DNA from: Lytechinus pictus
Lineage: Eukaryota
NCBI RefSeq assembly: GCF_037042905.1
Contig: NC_087245.1
Coordinates: 20,834,001 to 20,898,000 of the forward strand
DNA length: 64,000 nt
Direction: 5' to 3'
The notes under the pieces were generated by a model, which did no database searches, was not told where the DNA came from, and was given only the letters and a program-made list of their open reading frames with translations. Made by a program: the position numbers and the translations under genes. How positions within the stretch are numbered: position 1 is the stretch's first letter; each line of letters starts with the position of its first letter. Below are positions 11,700 to 24,116 of this stretch, piece by piece.

Positions 11700-13632
11700 G
11701 TAATGTCTTTGCTTTTACCATACTGAAAGGAAACACAATGAGCCATGTCTTGGGAAAATATTTCTATTCATTTTCTGCTAAAAATTATGGTCCTCTGCTT
11801 TTGACGAGTACACGTACTCTGTTAACTACATATGTGTATGTTTCTATACTAACTTTACGTGCTCTGAGGGGTCAAGTGTGATCTTTAAAAAACATTTTGG
11901 TAATTTAGAATAGTGGTTTGTTGCAAAGCCTACGTGAGATTAGTTTGTTTGATAATGAAATATTTTATCTACAATAATTATATCCATGATAGCCACTTAC
12001 GTAGCTGATATTCCAGTGGGTAGTGCATATAGCTAATGTCATTAAAATCTTATCCATATTCTCATACACCAAGAGCCGGGGAAGAAGGTAGGCATTTAGA
12101 AACTTCTACTTTAAAACGATGTCGTTTATCTCTCAAGACCAAGTCATATTAAGTTTGAATAAATTTAAAGTCGAATGGGCGATGAGTACCCTGGAATCTT
12201 TTCGGAATTAAAAATTTATTCTAATAAGTATTAATAATTACCATGAATTTACATAATCGTTCCAATATTTGTACAAACTATTTTTACGCGTTTGTCATTT
12301 CACCGTGCAAAATGTAAAATGAATATCAGATGTTAATATAATTATGTTTTTATTGCGAGCTGTAAGAAATGTATCACTCCGCAATTGCCGGATTGAAAAG
12401 TAGGTGATAGAATCTTGTTTGCTGATAAACCAAAGAAATCTGCAAATATAAATGTCAATCACCATAATTTGCCGAATAGTATTGTTTGTCACATGACCGT
12501 CACAACTACATTTTTATTTCTACTACAAGAGAGAGCGAGCTATCGACAAAAATGAATATTTTTTCTGCATCTTTCATTGCTAGAAAAAGATTGATTACGG
12601 CCTCAAACCGATTTTGAAATTACAGACGAAAACTCAGAAATTTAGATAAATATAGATTATTGTGAAGCTACCTAGTATAGTTGAGCGCATTCTATGAAAA
12701 GGAAACTTTCTTTAAAAAAAAAGGGGGGGGCTTTGGACATGATCTTTTCCGCCCCCATTCGCCAGAACAAGATATTTCAATGTATATTCATGATGACCTA
12801 TGTTACCTTTGATACTTGATCTTGATACCTCTAAAATTAGTTTGATCATCGTCATTTTTCAGTTACGAATATACTTGTAAGAGATACCTGCAAAGATCAT
12901 ATAATAAAAAAAGAGAATACTGAATTAGATGATTGTTTTAGAAAGAAAATACAAGCGTATATCAGAGTAGTTAAGATTAAATAGATAAAAATGTCATTAA
13001 TTCTAAAATTGAAGAGAATAAACACATGAGAACACGAGGTATGATCTATGTTTTTACTTTTAAAAGGCGTACACTCTCAAAATATTGAATAAAATGTTTT
13101 ATTATCTAGCTGGCAAAGAGGGAATACCTATGTTTGTTTTGTCAGTGAAAAGCAATGTTCCATTGGTACGAACTTGCGTGAAATTGGCAAAGAATCTGCC
13201 AATATTCTACCTTCAAAACATGAACCTTTAAAAGAGTATACGGAGATGCTGTTCACGATGGGCTTTTAGTGCACTCCTTCCTTTTATTATATGGCTTACA
13301 TGACAGTCTGCATTGGGAGTTTATTTTATTTAGTGATATTTTGTTCAGAGTGTTTTTCCATTATGACTTCAATCGTATAATGTCTAACATTCATGCATTT
13401 TGAAGGAAACAAAAAATCACTCGTCACCTCACAGTGCGAATTATAAGATGCAATGATAAGGAACTAATATGCGTAAATACATTACCACAGCAGATGTCAT
13501 TGTATATAGATTGGCCCATAGATGGACAATTTCATACATTTTTATCAAATGGATCGGGAGGGAAGCCTCAAGGTATCTTTCATGTAAAATCTCAAATCTG
13601 TAAAGTTTATGCACTCCACACCGTCTAGACAC

Positions 13633-13725
13633 CACGTGATCGTGCATACCAAATAGGTCCTTTACCCGAACAAGGACCACGACACACGTGGATAACAAGT
13701 CACGTGCATTTGCGTCTCAACCAAT
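13633..13725. promoter_or_regulatory. Cluster of three CACGTG E-boxes plus CCAAT
   Basis: CACGTG at 13633, 13685 and 13701; CCAAT at 13721; in unique sequence ~2 kb into the candidate intron. Confidence 0.35.
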
Positions 13726-15649
13726 CAAAGTGCATGAAAGCTGAAGAGGCGCCATGGTATTTTGATACGGACAAGACAGCCTAAATTTGACTTCCCCCAA
13801 AAAAATAAATAAATAAACAAATAAATAAATATCTTCCATCATCTATGGCGGCGCTCATTAAGAGTTCTTGAATGAAAAAAAAGAAAGAAATAATATTCCA
13901 TAATTTGGATCCAGCATTTTGAAGGTCTTACCAAAAACAACATATGCGTTAGAGTGCTGAGATTTATATCAAATCCATGTCATAATATTCTCTTTAGACT
14001 TCAATGAAAACAAAAGAAGTACTAGATTTCATGTTTACCTAGTGAGTGCAGAATTTTTGTTGACCCTGTATGATAAAGTAAGTGAATGCAGACATGGGAT
14101 TTTTGATATTTATTTAGACATCAATCCCAACTTCTACCCACGCTTTTCCTCCTTCACATCGATCTCTTCGCTATATTATCACTTTATTCTCTCTTTCCAT
14201 CTTTTATTTAGTGTTACTGTTTATCTCCACTTCATCAGAGAAGTTCTTGTTTATATTTGATGTCGAAGCATGTTTTGTTCGGTCAAGTTTTTTTTTTCTT
14301 TGTTTCTTTGATTCCTTTTTTTTATTATTCCCACCATTATCAGACAGGTTCTTTCCAACAAAACTGACCAACTAATTCTGTAAAGTTTACTCTATTTCAT
14401 TTTCGCTTCCTATCTCTCGGCGTTCATTCAATCATTTTGTATTTCTCATTCTATTTCTTCTTTCTCATGAGGCTCCATCTACTTTAAATGACGTTAGATA
14501 ATACGATGATGTCTCGTAATTTTTTCTCTTTTTTTTTGTCTTTCTCTCCCCTTTTTTATATTTATTTTCTCCTGAGTTTCTTCCTGATCATATTAATCTT
14601 TTCCTCATCATCACCAGAGTCAAACGAGTATTGTATATTATAGATGTCATTTCTAAGTACCCGTGATGTCTTACTCTCTGTTATTAGGTATTTTCTTTTC
14701 TGTCTATATCTCACCCCATTCTGTTTTATTCCCTCTTTCTTTCTTTTTTCTTTCTTGATGTTCAGCATAATCACAACGTTTGTGTCTTCATTTGTGTTAT
14801 AGTTAAAAGGAATCAACACAACATGTATACTTTATATTTGGTTGATTGTACTTGAAAAGAAGTGCATTGCAAAGCTGACAAAAAAAAAATCTTATTTGGT
14901 GTGATATTGAGAAGGTGAAGGATCTTTTCTAGTTTATTACGCGAGTTCATTCTCCTCTTGACTAGTCTCCAGTTTGTAACCACTTTGAATAATGGTGAGA
15001 TGTGTAGCTCGGTAAAGGCATTTTTTAAATATTTAAATTGATATATTATATCAAATATACAAGCACCTGACAGATGCGTTTCTGTCTATTTCTTAGTATA
15101 TAGTTACTTAGTGATGTATTCATTGCATTGTTTTTATATCACTATATTCATCACCGTAAGCTGAAGGTATAATGTGGATATCATTTTACTTTTGCTTGTC
15201 ACGTTTCAAACTATCACGCATTTGTAGGCCTACCCTTTTTACTGACATATCTGTTTATGCTTTGTTACACATATTTTTGGGTCTTTGTGCAATGCGTTTA
15301 GTATACATCTAGAAAAGGTACAATTATTGTAGTTGTAATACAGTTTATTGTAATTTATAATGATAAATTTCAAAATGGGTGCCTATGAAGTTAAGTCTGC
15401 ATTTGAACAATTTGCATGTTAAGTGACTTTATTCAATTTTGAAATTTAGTTTTATTTATAACTCAATGTCGTTTACAGAGCCTTATGGAATGCTACCACA
15501 TTTGGTGATAAGCTACCTTTATAATTATCCTAAGATAATTAGATGGATATAATTTGAACATATGTATAAATACCTAGCTAAAATAGTGATAAAAGAGTAA
15601 TAAAATGATACAAACATATATTATCCTGTCAGTAAAAGCTTCCGTTACA

Positions 15650-15900
15650 CATTGAATAGCGTCTGTCTTGTAAGGACGAGTCTGTCTTGTTAGGATATAC
15701 AGGGATGTATAAAGCGTCTGGAGGTATACATATAGTTCGCAACAAATCTTGTTACAGAAGTGAAAATGTCATTATGAATATTTGATAGTTCTCAAGGGGA
15801 GTTCTTGCAGAGGATATTGATGGGGAAACGACTTGATTGTGGATATATAAAGGGTTATCATCGTTTGAATTGCCTTGGGAATGAAAATATAGACGTTAGT
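15650..15900 (-). mobile_element. Possible fossil of a Penelope-like retroelement (C-terminal to the RT)
   Basis: Minus strand gatgataaccctttatatatccacaatcaa reads DDNPLYIHNQ, like the KPNxxPLYIHxxSNHPP motif of Penelope-like elements; frameshifted. Confidence 0.4.
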
Positions 15901-16021
15901 TTCTCAATAGTTTTTAAGAGGTCAAGTTTTATAGAGAGCGCTGTGGTGAATACAAGAGGAAGGAATGATTTTACTGCGGAGGAATAAGGGAGCTTAAAAC
16001 AGTTGGTTGGGTTCGACCACA

Positions 16022-16507
16022 AATAATAATAACAAAAATATATAGCATTTATGAGGCGCCGATTTATCTAGTTGCCTATTCAACGGCGCACTATTCCTAG
16101 TCTGCAGGCACAGACCCTGATTGGAAATTTGATCAATAAGTGTGCCTCCACGCAAAGACTAGCACATACAAAACTTGCTGTTTAGAGCCTTCAGTACACA
16201 GGGCATGAGTAGGCTGCACATTCAGACCCTTAACTCGAGTGAAGGGTTTGCCCAGCAGACTACACTATTCCCCGGCTGTAGCTGCAGCTGCTTAAGGTGC
16301 TTGGTTCATTCAAAGACTTAAACCTACCAGGGCCATTCACCTCACCTGGGTTAAGTGCAGCACAATACGGATAAATATCTTGCTGAAGGAAACACGCCGT
16401 GGCTGAGATTCGAACCCACGTCCCTCTCATTGAAAGTGGCTGAGATTCGTACCCACGTCCCTCTCATTGAAAGACGAGATACGTAACCACTAGACCACGA
16501 CGTCTCC
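16022..16507 (-). mobile_element. tRNA-derived SINE (family of 1459) with a duplicated B-box segment and extra ~165 bp in the 3' body
   Basis: Reverse complement of the 1459 head and centre at 16265-16507 and of its tail at 16022-16095. gtggctgagattcgWacccacgtccctctcattgaaa occurs twice (16399-16472). Confidence 0.9.
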
Positions 16508-19500
16508 TGAAATAAATAAACAAGACATACTTTTCTACTGATGAGGAAATATTCCTGAATTCTCGTATTAAAAACGAAACATACTCAATACTCAATGTTA
16601 GCGTAAAAATAGTATTTTTTTTTTTTTTTTTTTTTGGGGGGGGGGTAGTGATGAGTTTTTGAGCATCGCACTGTTTGCCAATAATTAAAGAAAATGGAGG
16701 GGGTGGGGTAACAGAGGAAATAGTCTTGATCTTATGTTTGAAGGGATGAAAAGGAAAGGTAAGATAAAACATACACAGTAAAGCCTACAAGAGGCATGTC
16801 GACCCACACATAAAATGAGTTTGATATATGGTCGTGTTGAAATCGTCATTATTTCAATCTGCTCTTCAGTTTCATTATCGCGCTACACAGGATCAAATAA
16901 CCTGTTAGGCATCTAAACGATTCCAGATTTTTTAATTAAACATCGACAGTGATTGAGTGAGACCAATCTGTGTTTTAATCAAAAGGTATTTGATTGGTAA
17001 TCAGTAAAACGGAATTGAGACATGTTAAAACACAATGAAAGTTTGGCTTTCATGATTATATCCTATTAGGCTTTTAATGACCTTGCATCTAAATCACTGG
17101 TATACAAAATAATGGGGGCTTATGGGGCGACGGACCTCAAAACAAATTGAGAAAAAGAAAAGGAAAGACATAGGGTGAACTATGATATTATTTTGTGACT
17201 ATTATGTCAACATTTTTCCAGGATTGATTTGTGTGTTAAAAAGGTCAAAATTTTGCTCTGTTCTTGCGCTTTCTCGCAGCTCAAAAAAGATAAGTGTCTG
17301 TCCCCCTTACGAAAACGACTCGTAACGCCACTAACTGCTGTACTGTGAATGGTTATAAGTTCTTACAATGGTATAGTTCCCTTCGTTTTTGCCTCTAGAG
17401 GGGAGGGAGGGGGTGTTCGGATACTCCTCACGACGAATTCGACTTACATGTATGTAGACAAATCAAAACATCAACTGATAGAATGTACGGTTACCAAATT
17501 AAGAAATATTATTTGAATAATATTGTTCGAAATACTCTGTATGTTTGATGCAATAATGAAATCAAAGCGATGATATCTGACCAGTTAAAACATACTTTAA
17601 GTGAGCAGTATCTACAAAATGTCAGTGGAAGGACATTGATCCTGTAAGTAAAAACAGGAAAAGACGCAGTTATCCATCATTGTCAACGTTTAATTAGAGT
17701 GTCTTGACATCAGTAATGTGTGTGAAACCCTCCGGGGATATTTCCCCTTCATACTTTTAACACACCTCCGATTATGAGAGATATTCTTAATCAATTATCA
17801 TGAATAATTTACCAGTTTTCTTCTTTTTTTTTTAGAGAAAGTAGCACACACTTGTACCCCAAAAAATCATATTACCCAAAAAAAAACCGCCAAAGAATAA
17901 CATTATTTATAGAGGGAAGCATTTGCCCCTCGTATCAAGGGTCAAATAAATACTAAAACGAAGGATGACAATCCGAAGAAGAAAAAAAAAGATAATGGTG
18001 ATAATGAATAATAGGATAATAAGCAAGAGGGGGAGGAATGAGAGGGGGGATATCAGAACCCCCAGTGTCTGTGATCTTCCCTAAACCCAACAATAGTTGA
18101 TACCAGTGAAGAACAATATGAATGAATCTCGAGTAGAGATTAAAACATCTGTATCTGGTTAATGATTAATGAGCTAAAAGTTCATATCTATATCATACTA
18201 ATTAATCTAGGGTAATTTTTGTCAGTCGACTGCAATAATTGGAACATCAATTAACTCTACTTCTCTTACGACAAACCATTATGCTTCATTTCGATTTTTT
18301 ACCCTTCTCTTTGCCAATTAATCATCTACATTCATAGTCGGCCTTTTTTTTTCAAATTTGTCTTTAAAGAGAAGAAAAAAAAAAAAAGATTATCACTAAA
18401 CCCCTCTCAAATTTCACATCCTAACAATCTGACAAACGCTTGATCCGCGCCTGAATAATTTATGTTGACATTGTTGCTTATTTTTGGAGATCATCAGAAT
18501 ATTCACTATAAATTCAACATTGTTCTTTTACCATTAGTTGTGGAAGACATGTTAAGTTATTAAATGTTAGAGATTTTCTTTCAGATGACCCTCTTATCGT
18601 TGGAATTACTTCCTTTTAAATATTTCCTTTTTTTTTAGAGAATCCAATTTAACTTTCCCATTTTATCAAATTCCTCTCTATAATCTAAATATTTTGCTCA
18701 TCACTGGAATTCACCGTAATTCAACTTCCTTTTCTCTGTTGTAAACATGAATTTGACATTGATTAAAGGAGAGAAAAAAAATTAAAGAATCTACTCGAAA
18801 CTGATAATTCTAAACTTCCTTTTTTTATGCTTCTTCTGGTATTTTTCTCCCCCTGCCCTTTCCAAAGAAATATTTTTGTTCAAGTCCAAAATAATGTTGT
18901 GATTACATGCTATTGATACGCGTGAGAGCTACTCCTGACTTGCCCCGTTTCTCAATTTTCCTCATTAAAGTGAAATTAAACACCGGACGTTGATAAATTG
19001 TCTCGAATCGCAGGTTTTAATCTCTCCTCGGACTCTCATCATTATATCATTGATGTTGGTAGATGATGTCCATTGCGTGTAAGTTTGATGAAGATGTCAA
19101 TTATGATTTTGAATTAGCAGTATGGATGAGTCTTGGTGTGGTGTCTCTGTTTCTCGTTTTCATAGGTGGGTCCGAAACCTATTCCTACAATAGATGTCAT
19201 TCATATTATGGAGAAAAAAACGTTGTACATATTATACTCCATCCGGTAGTGAAGTAAATATTGACTTGACAGAGGTTTGTTCCTTGAAATGCTGCACGCA
19301 TAACAACATTTAAAGTCATGCTGTTGTAGAATGCTTATAGGGACTTCAGCTTTGGAAGGCTAGGTGTAATTATTGTATTTCAGTATCTTTTTATATATAT
19401 TTCAGTCTTAAAAGATATGAACATAATCCAAACTTTATATAAAACAAAATATAATAATATACTGTGAAAATATTGAAAATAGGAACATCAAGTTCATATA

Positions 19501-21591
19501 TTTTTAGGCGTTTGCATGATCGTCGTTACTGTTTATGTTTTTATATCGCACTTATTATTATCGTGAATATGATGATGATGCTTGTTTTTACAATTTTCTT
19601 CAAAATCACCTTCATCGTAACTTTGTCTACAGAGTTTACATTTTCAACATCACTTATGAGATTAGCAGAAAGGATCTGCAAATCTATAAAGCCACGCGCA
19701 ACGGATGATTTTTATACTGTACCAAGCTTGTTGATTAAAATCTAGTACTTTATATAGAGATAAATAATTTCCATCAATCCATTTCACTAGTAGTTTTGAT
19801 ATTGCAAAGCGGCATCTAACAACAAAAAAATCTCGATGAATGAGCGATACGAATCTGTTAAACCAAAATACATGAAATCACTTCCAAGAGCAGAGTTGAT
19901 GGAAAAATAGGTCATCCATTTTTGTGGGTAAAAAAATGTAATCACATTAACCATATATCTAGATCAATGCGTCAATGTTCTAAGGCACCGATGTAGAAAT
20001 TTCGAGAAGCAGACGCGATGTGAAAATTAAAGTAAAAGAGAGAAGGGGGAGAAGGGAGAGGTAAAAAGAGAGAGTGAGAAAATTAGAAAAAGGGGATCGA
20101 GAAATAAAGAAGGGGGTGAGGTGGGTTGAGGTATAGAGAGTGATATATAGTAATTGAATGTGGTGATGTAGTCCAATATGATACACTATCTAATCAAGAT
20201 ATAAACACACTACTCTGGTGGTTATTCGGGGAGTGTAATTAGGGGTGAGTGCTGATTGTATCCGGATGTACACAAGTATTATTGAACACGTTTAAGAGAG
20301 GGGTTCTTTCTTGCAGAATTTAACCAAATCATTGATAGCTTTCCAATAGCTACTTTTATCAGTAGTCTTTGCTACTTTTATCATTAGACTTTTCGTTTAC
20401 CCATGCACGCGTGCGAATATCCTCACATTCTTCTTCTTCACACTGTGTATATGCATGAAACCAAATACGAATATTGTTATTCAATAATGATTATATATCG
20501 TCTTTTGATGTGATTTGAAACTACCATCGAAATTTATTCACCTCTCATTGATTAACATTGGTGGGTGCATAACTGCAGTTACTTTTTGCCAAAAAAAAAA
20601 TCGATTATTATTCAAAAGAAGGTGGATTTTTAAAATCTGACAAGAAAAAAGGGAAGGTTCTCACTTTTATCATAACAAGAAATTGGCAGAGAAGCTATTT
20701 ATATTTATTTGAAAGTATCCTGGGGTAGACACATTTCATAAATTGGAAATTGGCGATATTGGACAAAATGGAGAAGGGCACTATATCCATTTTGCCCCCC
20801 CCCCCTATTCATGTTGGTGTCTGTGTCAAGACATTGGCGATGATCAAGAGAGCTAGTTTATATTTAAAGATGAGTTGGCTTCGTATAATCGAAAGCATAT
20901 TGGAACAGTTCATTCCCTATATTTTCGCGTCATTAGTTTTGCTAAAAACACACATAAAGCAATTACAATTTTGATGCACTTTATTACCATGATAAGTGCC
21001 CAATAAAGACCACCAAATTAAACGTTCACCCCATTTTACTTTGTCATCTACCTAGCGAGTGTTTCTTTCGAAATCGAAATTGCTGCTGATCAGTCTGTTT
21101 GTTCAATAAATGGACGGCGCTAGGTATTCGAACTTGATCTGTAATTAGATTGGGAAAGCAATTGACGCAATTATACCGTTAATGAGAGGTTAAGGGGAGA
21201 ACATCGGGATGATAAACAAATGCAGCTAACAAAATGAGGTGGAAAAATAGAGATGAATGTATTGCTGGCAATGTGTTTTTTTTTCTCCATAATGCTGAAA
21301 ATGTGAAATTGAATTTCGAGGAAAGTAAATTAAAAAAGTTTCAAGTTCATCGCCTCCCTACTTTCTGTAAATTGTAGAAGAAACATTGTACGAGGTATAA
21401 TTTTAAACGTTTATGTATCACAGCATAGGAGTTAACAAAGATAGGAGTTTAACAAAAGATTTAGAAAAAAAAGAGAAAAAAAAATACTTTGAGAATCAGA
21501 ATGAAGCGAGTCTTTTATAAGTCGTTGTAGCCAACTTGGGTTGTATTGATTTTAGAGTTTAGTATAATTAGATTTATTATTTATGCATAAT

Positions 21592-21830
21592 CAGGGGCGG
21601 ATCTAGGATTTTCCAAAGGAGGGGGCAATTTTTCCGATGAAAATTTGACAAGCAAAAAAAAAAAGGTTTTCACCTAAAATTGAAGGGTATTTCGTCCGCG
21701 ACAAGCAAAAAAAAAAAGGGGGGGGACACACTAGGGTAAAAGTGGCATATTTACATTAATTTTTGTTTTCGATATGGCTCTAAAAAGGGGAAGCACGGCC
21801 GGATGTGCCCCCCCCCCGAATCCGCCACTG
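21592..21830. mobile_element. hAT-type MITE with 8-bp TSD TGCATAAT
   Basis: TIRs caggggcggat / atccgccactg; TGCATAAT at 21584-21591 and 21831-21838. Confidence 0.92.
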
Positions 21831-22059
21831 TGCATAATGCCTCTCAAGCTAGTAATACACAATTTTCAACAGTAGGTTTTTTGAAATATTTTTGTGCGTT
21901 AGTAGAAGGGGGCCACCAGCATGAATATCGTCGGCGAGAGCGAAAGATTGTCAAAAACTCATAAGTCTTAGGGCCTCCCCCAATCAGAATGTATTAGCTA
22001 TGCCAACGTTTATAACGTATTATTAAGATACAAATATCCCCCATTAATACATTTCTTAC

Positions 22060-22073
22060 CTTTTCACCAATGC
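22060..22073 (-). other. Candidate 14-nt minus-strand microexon GCATTGGTGAAAAG
   Basis: Minus strand reads gttttcccttttgcttctttgcag|GCATTGGTGAAAAG|gtaaga, with near-consensus acceptor and donor. Confidence 0.4.
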
Positions 22074-23075
22074 CTGCAAAGAAGCAAAAGGGAAAACAAT
22101 ACGAAATGATAAGTATAAGCTCATGACTTTTTAGGCGCGAAATGAAGGGGTCGAAAATCATCATCCCGATGCTAATCCCTAGTTGTATATTTATGGAGCC
22201 AGTTCGAGATCGTCTCTCCCTAGACTTTTGCTTTTAAGGTATATAGATTCATATAGTATAGCATTTTTCGAATTCGTTTGCTTTCATCTTTTCTAATTGT
22301 TTTCCCATTCTCTTTATTATCTCAATTGTCATTTCATTCATGTTTATTTAAGATGTGAAAAAAAATGATGCGGAGGCATATCGAAAATAATGAAAAAAAA
22401 AATAAAAAAGAGGAAAGATGTGAAACTCATAGTAACATCCACGTAATAACGGCTTAATAGTTCATTACACCCGCACTTTGAATAAAATGACTCATTATCT
22501 TTCACCGGGATGCATAATGAATAAGGGATAGCAAGAGATAACAGATAACATGCATTTTACAACGGTTTAAAATAGTTGTTGGCATGACATGGTATCATCA
22601 TCTTTTGTACTCCACATTCTTTATTCATAGAAATACTGTCTTGGGAAAGATGGCTAGGGAGAAAGAGAGTGTGTGGTGCGTGCGGGCGTGTGTGTGTGTG
22701 TGAGAGAGAGAGAGAGATAGAGAGATGACGATGGGCAATGCTTGAAAAACTAAACACTACAACTTAAAAAAATACTTTAAACGTACGACATCGATTTTTG
22801 TGGGGTTATTTTCATTAAACTGTGTCAAGATATTATAATCTGTAACTGGATCACTATAAAAAAAATAGTCTTAAACTTGTAGAGGTAGCTTGTCAGAAAG
22901 GGATTTAATATAATTAGGCCTGTATCTATAAATTACGGTATAAAGAATGACAAGAATCTTGTCATTCTTCATTAGAAATTGTCATAAAGTGTCCCTATGA
23001 ATGGAGCCCCCACCCCCCAAAATAGAGAGAAACAGATATTTTAAAAAGGGAGACGGGTAGGGGAGGGGGGAGGGG

Positions 23076-24116
23076 CAATGGCGTATCTGGGGAGATCAGC
23101 GGTTTGGGGGCACTCACTTTTGCATCCCTTGCACCATCTGATGCCAGGGCGAGCAATGAAATCACACCCCTCCCAACTTATGACACCAATGACTTCGTTG
23201 GTTGTGCATCCCGAATATAAGCTTTATAATCCATTTTCTACCATTCTTTCCCCTTCATTTGACCCCCAATCAATGAAAGTGTTCCCAGGGTACGTGCCCC
23301 CCCCCCCCCCAGGGGCGGAGGAACGTATTTTCATTGGGGGCAAAGCCTAGAAAGGGCACTTATATGTCAAGATTGGCATTTTGGCAAACGGATATTGTCA
23401 CCATGAAATAATCATCTGCGTGAAGTAGTTGTGAGTTTTGTAGTCATTAAGTTGAGTAAAGCCTGTTTGAATTGATTTCTGATTGATAAAATATATATTC
23501 AGGCTTTTTTCAAATCTGAAGTAGTGAAACTCGCTTGTTGGTCAATCATGGCGCTAATTTTACTGTTAAAAGGGCATCGTCGCGAGTGCGAATAGCAAGC
23601 TCAGACTTTGGACATTTCATTTTAATAATATGACATGGAAAGTAATCATTCCGAGCAGTTTTTGTCATGAAAATGATGTAGGTCTATATCTATCTAAAGA
23701 ATTGACGCGAGCGCAAAGCGCGAGCTGAAATTTTCAATATACTGACAAGAAAAGGAACCTGATAAGGACTGCATTTAGTGACTGATGAATAGGATACACA
23801 TTTCATCAATCGAATAATGCGAGCGGTGAGCGCGATTGTAACCAAGAACAGAAGAGTACCTTATTAAACAATAATTGATGCAAGCGCATAACGCGAGCCC
23901 AAAAATTGTGATATTCCAACTTGAAAACATTCTAAGCTTTTTTTTTTACCAAGGACAGAATAAATACCTTACTAAACAAAAATTGATGCGAGCGCGAGCA
24001 AATTTTTTATTTTTTAACCTAAAATGTTTTGTGTTTTACTTCAAAAAGGGTATTTCATTTAAAAAAGGGCACTTTCCATTTTGAAAAACGGCAGTTTTTC
24101 CTTAGATACGCCACCG
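23076..24116. mobile_element. Composite/nested MITE (caatggcgtatct...agatacgccaccg) containing a caggggcgga-initiated element with gcgagcgc..gcgcgagc subrepeats
   Basis: Outer TIR pair is visible; an inner start lies at 23310; repeated gcgagcgc/gcgcgagc motifs at 23580-24000; TSD unclear. Confidence 0.65.

Noticed and set aside
13072..13352. CACT...AGTG MITE; also decayed G/C-tract MITEs at ~17090-17335, 29945-30095, 53236-53500 and 56800-56948
   Set aside because: Probably old MITEs, but the termini and TSDs are too degraded to delimit.
14043..14077. Small + strand exon (tag|TGAGTGCAG...GATAAA|gtaagt)
   Set aside because: Poor pyrimidine tract, weak exonic donor bases, and not frame-compatible with the candidate gene.
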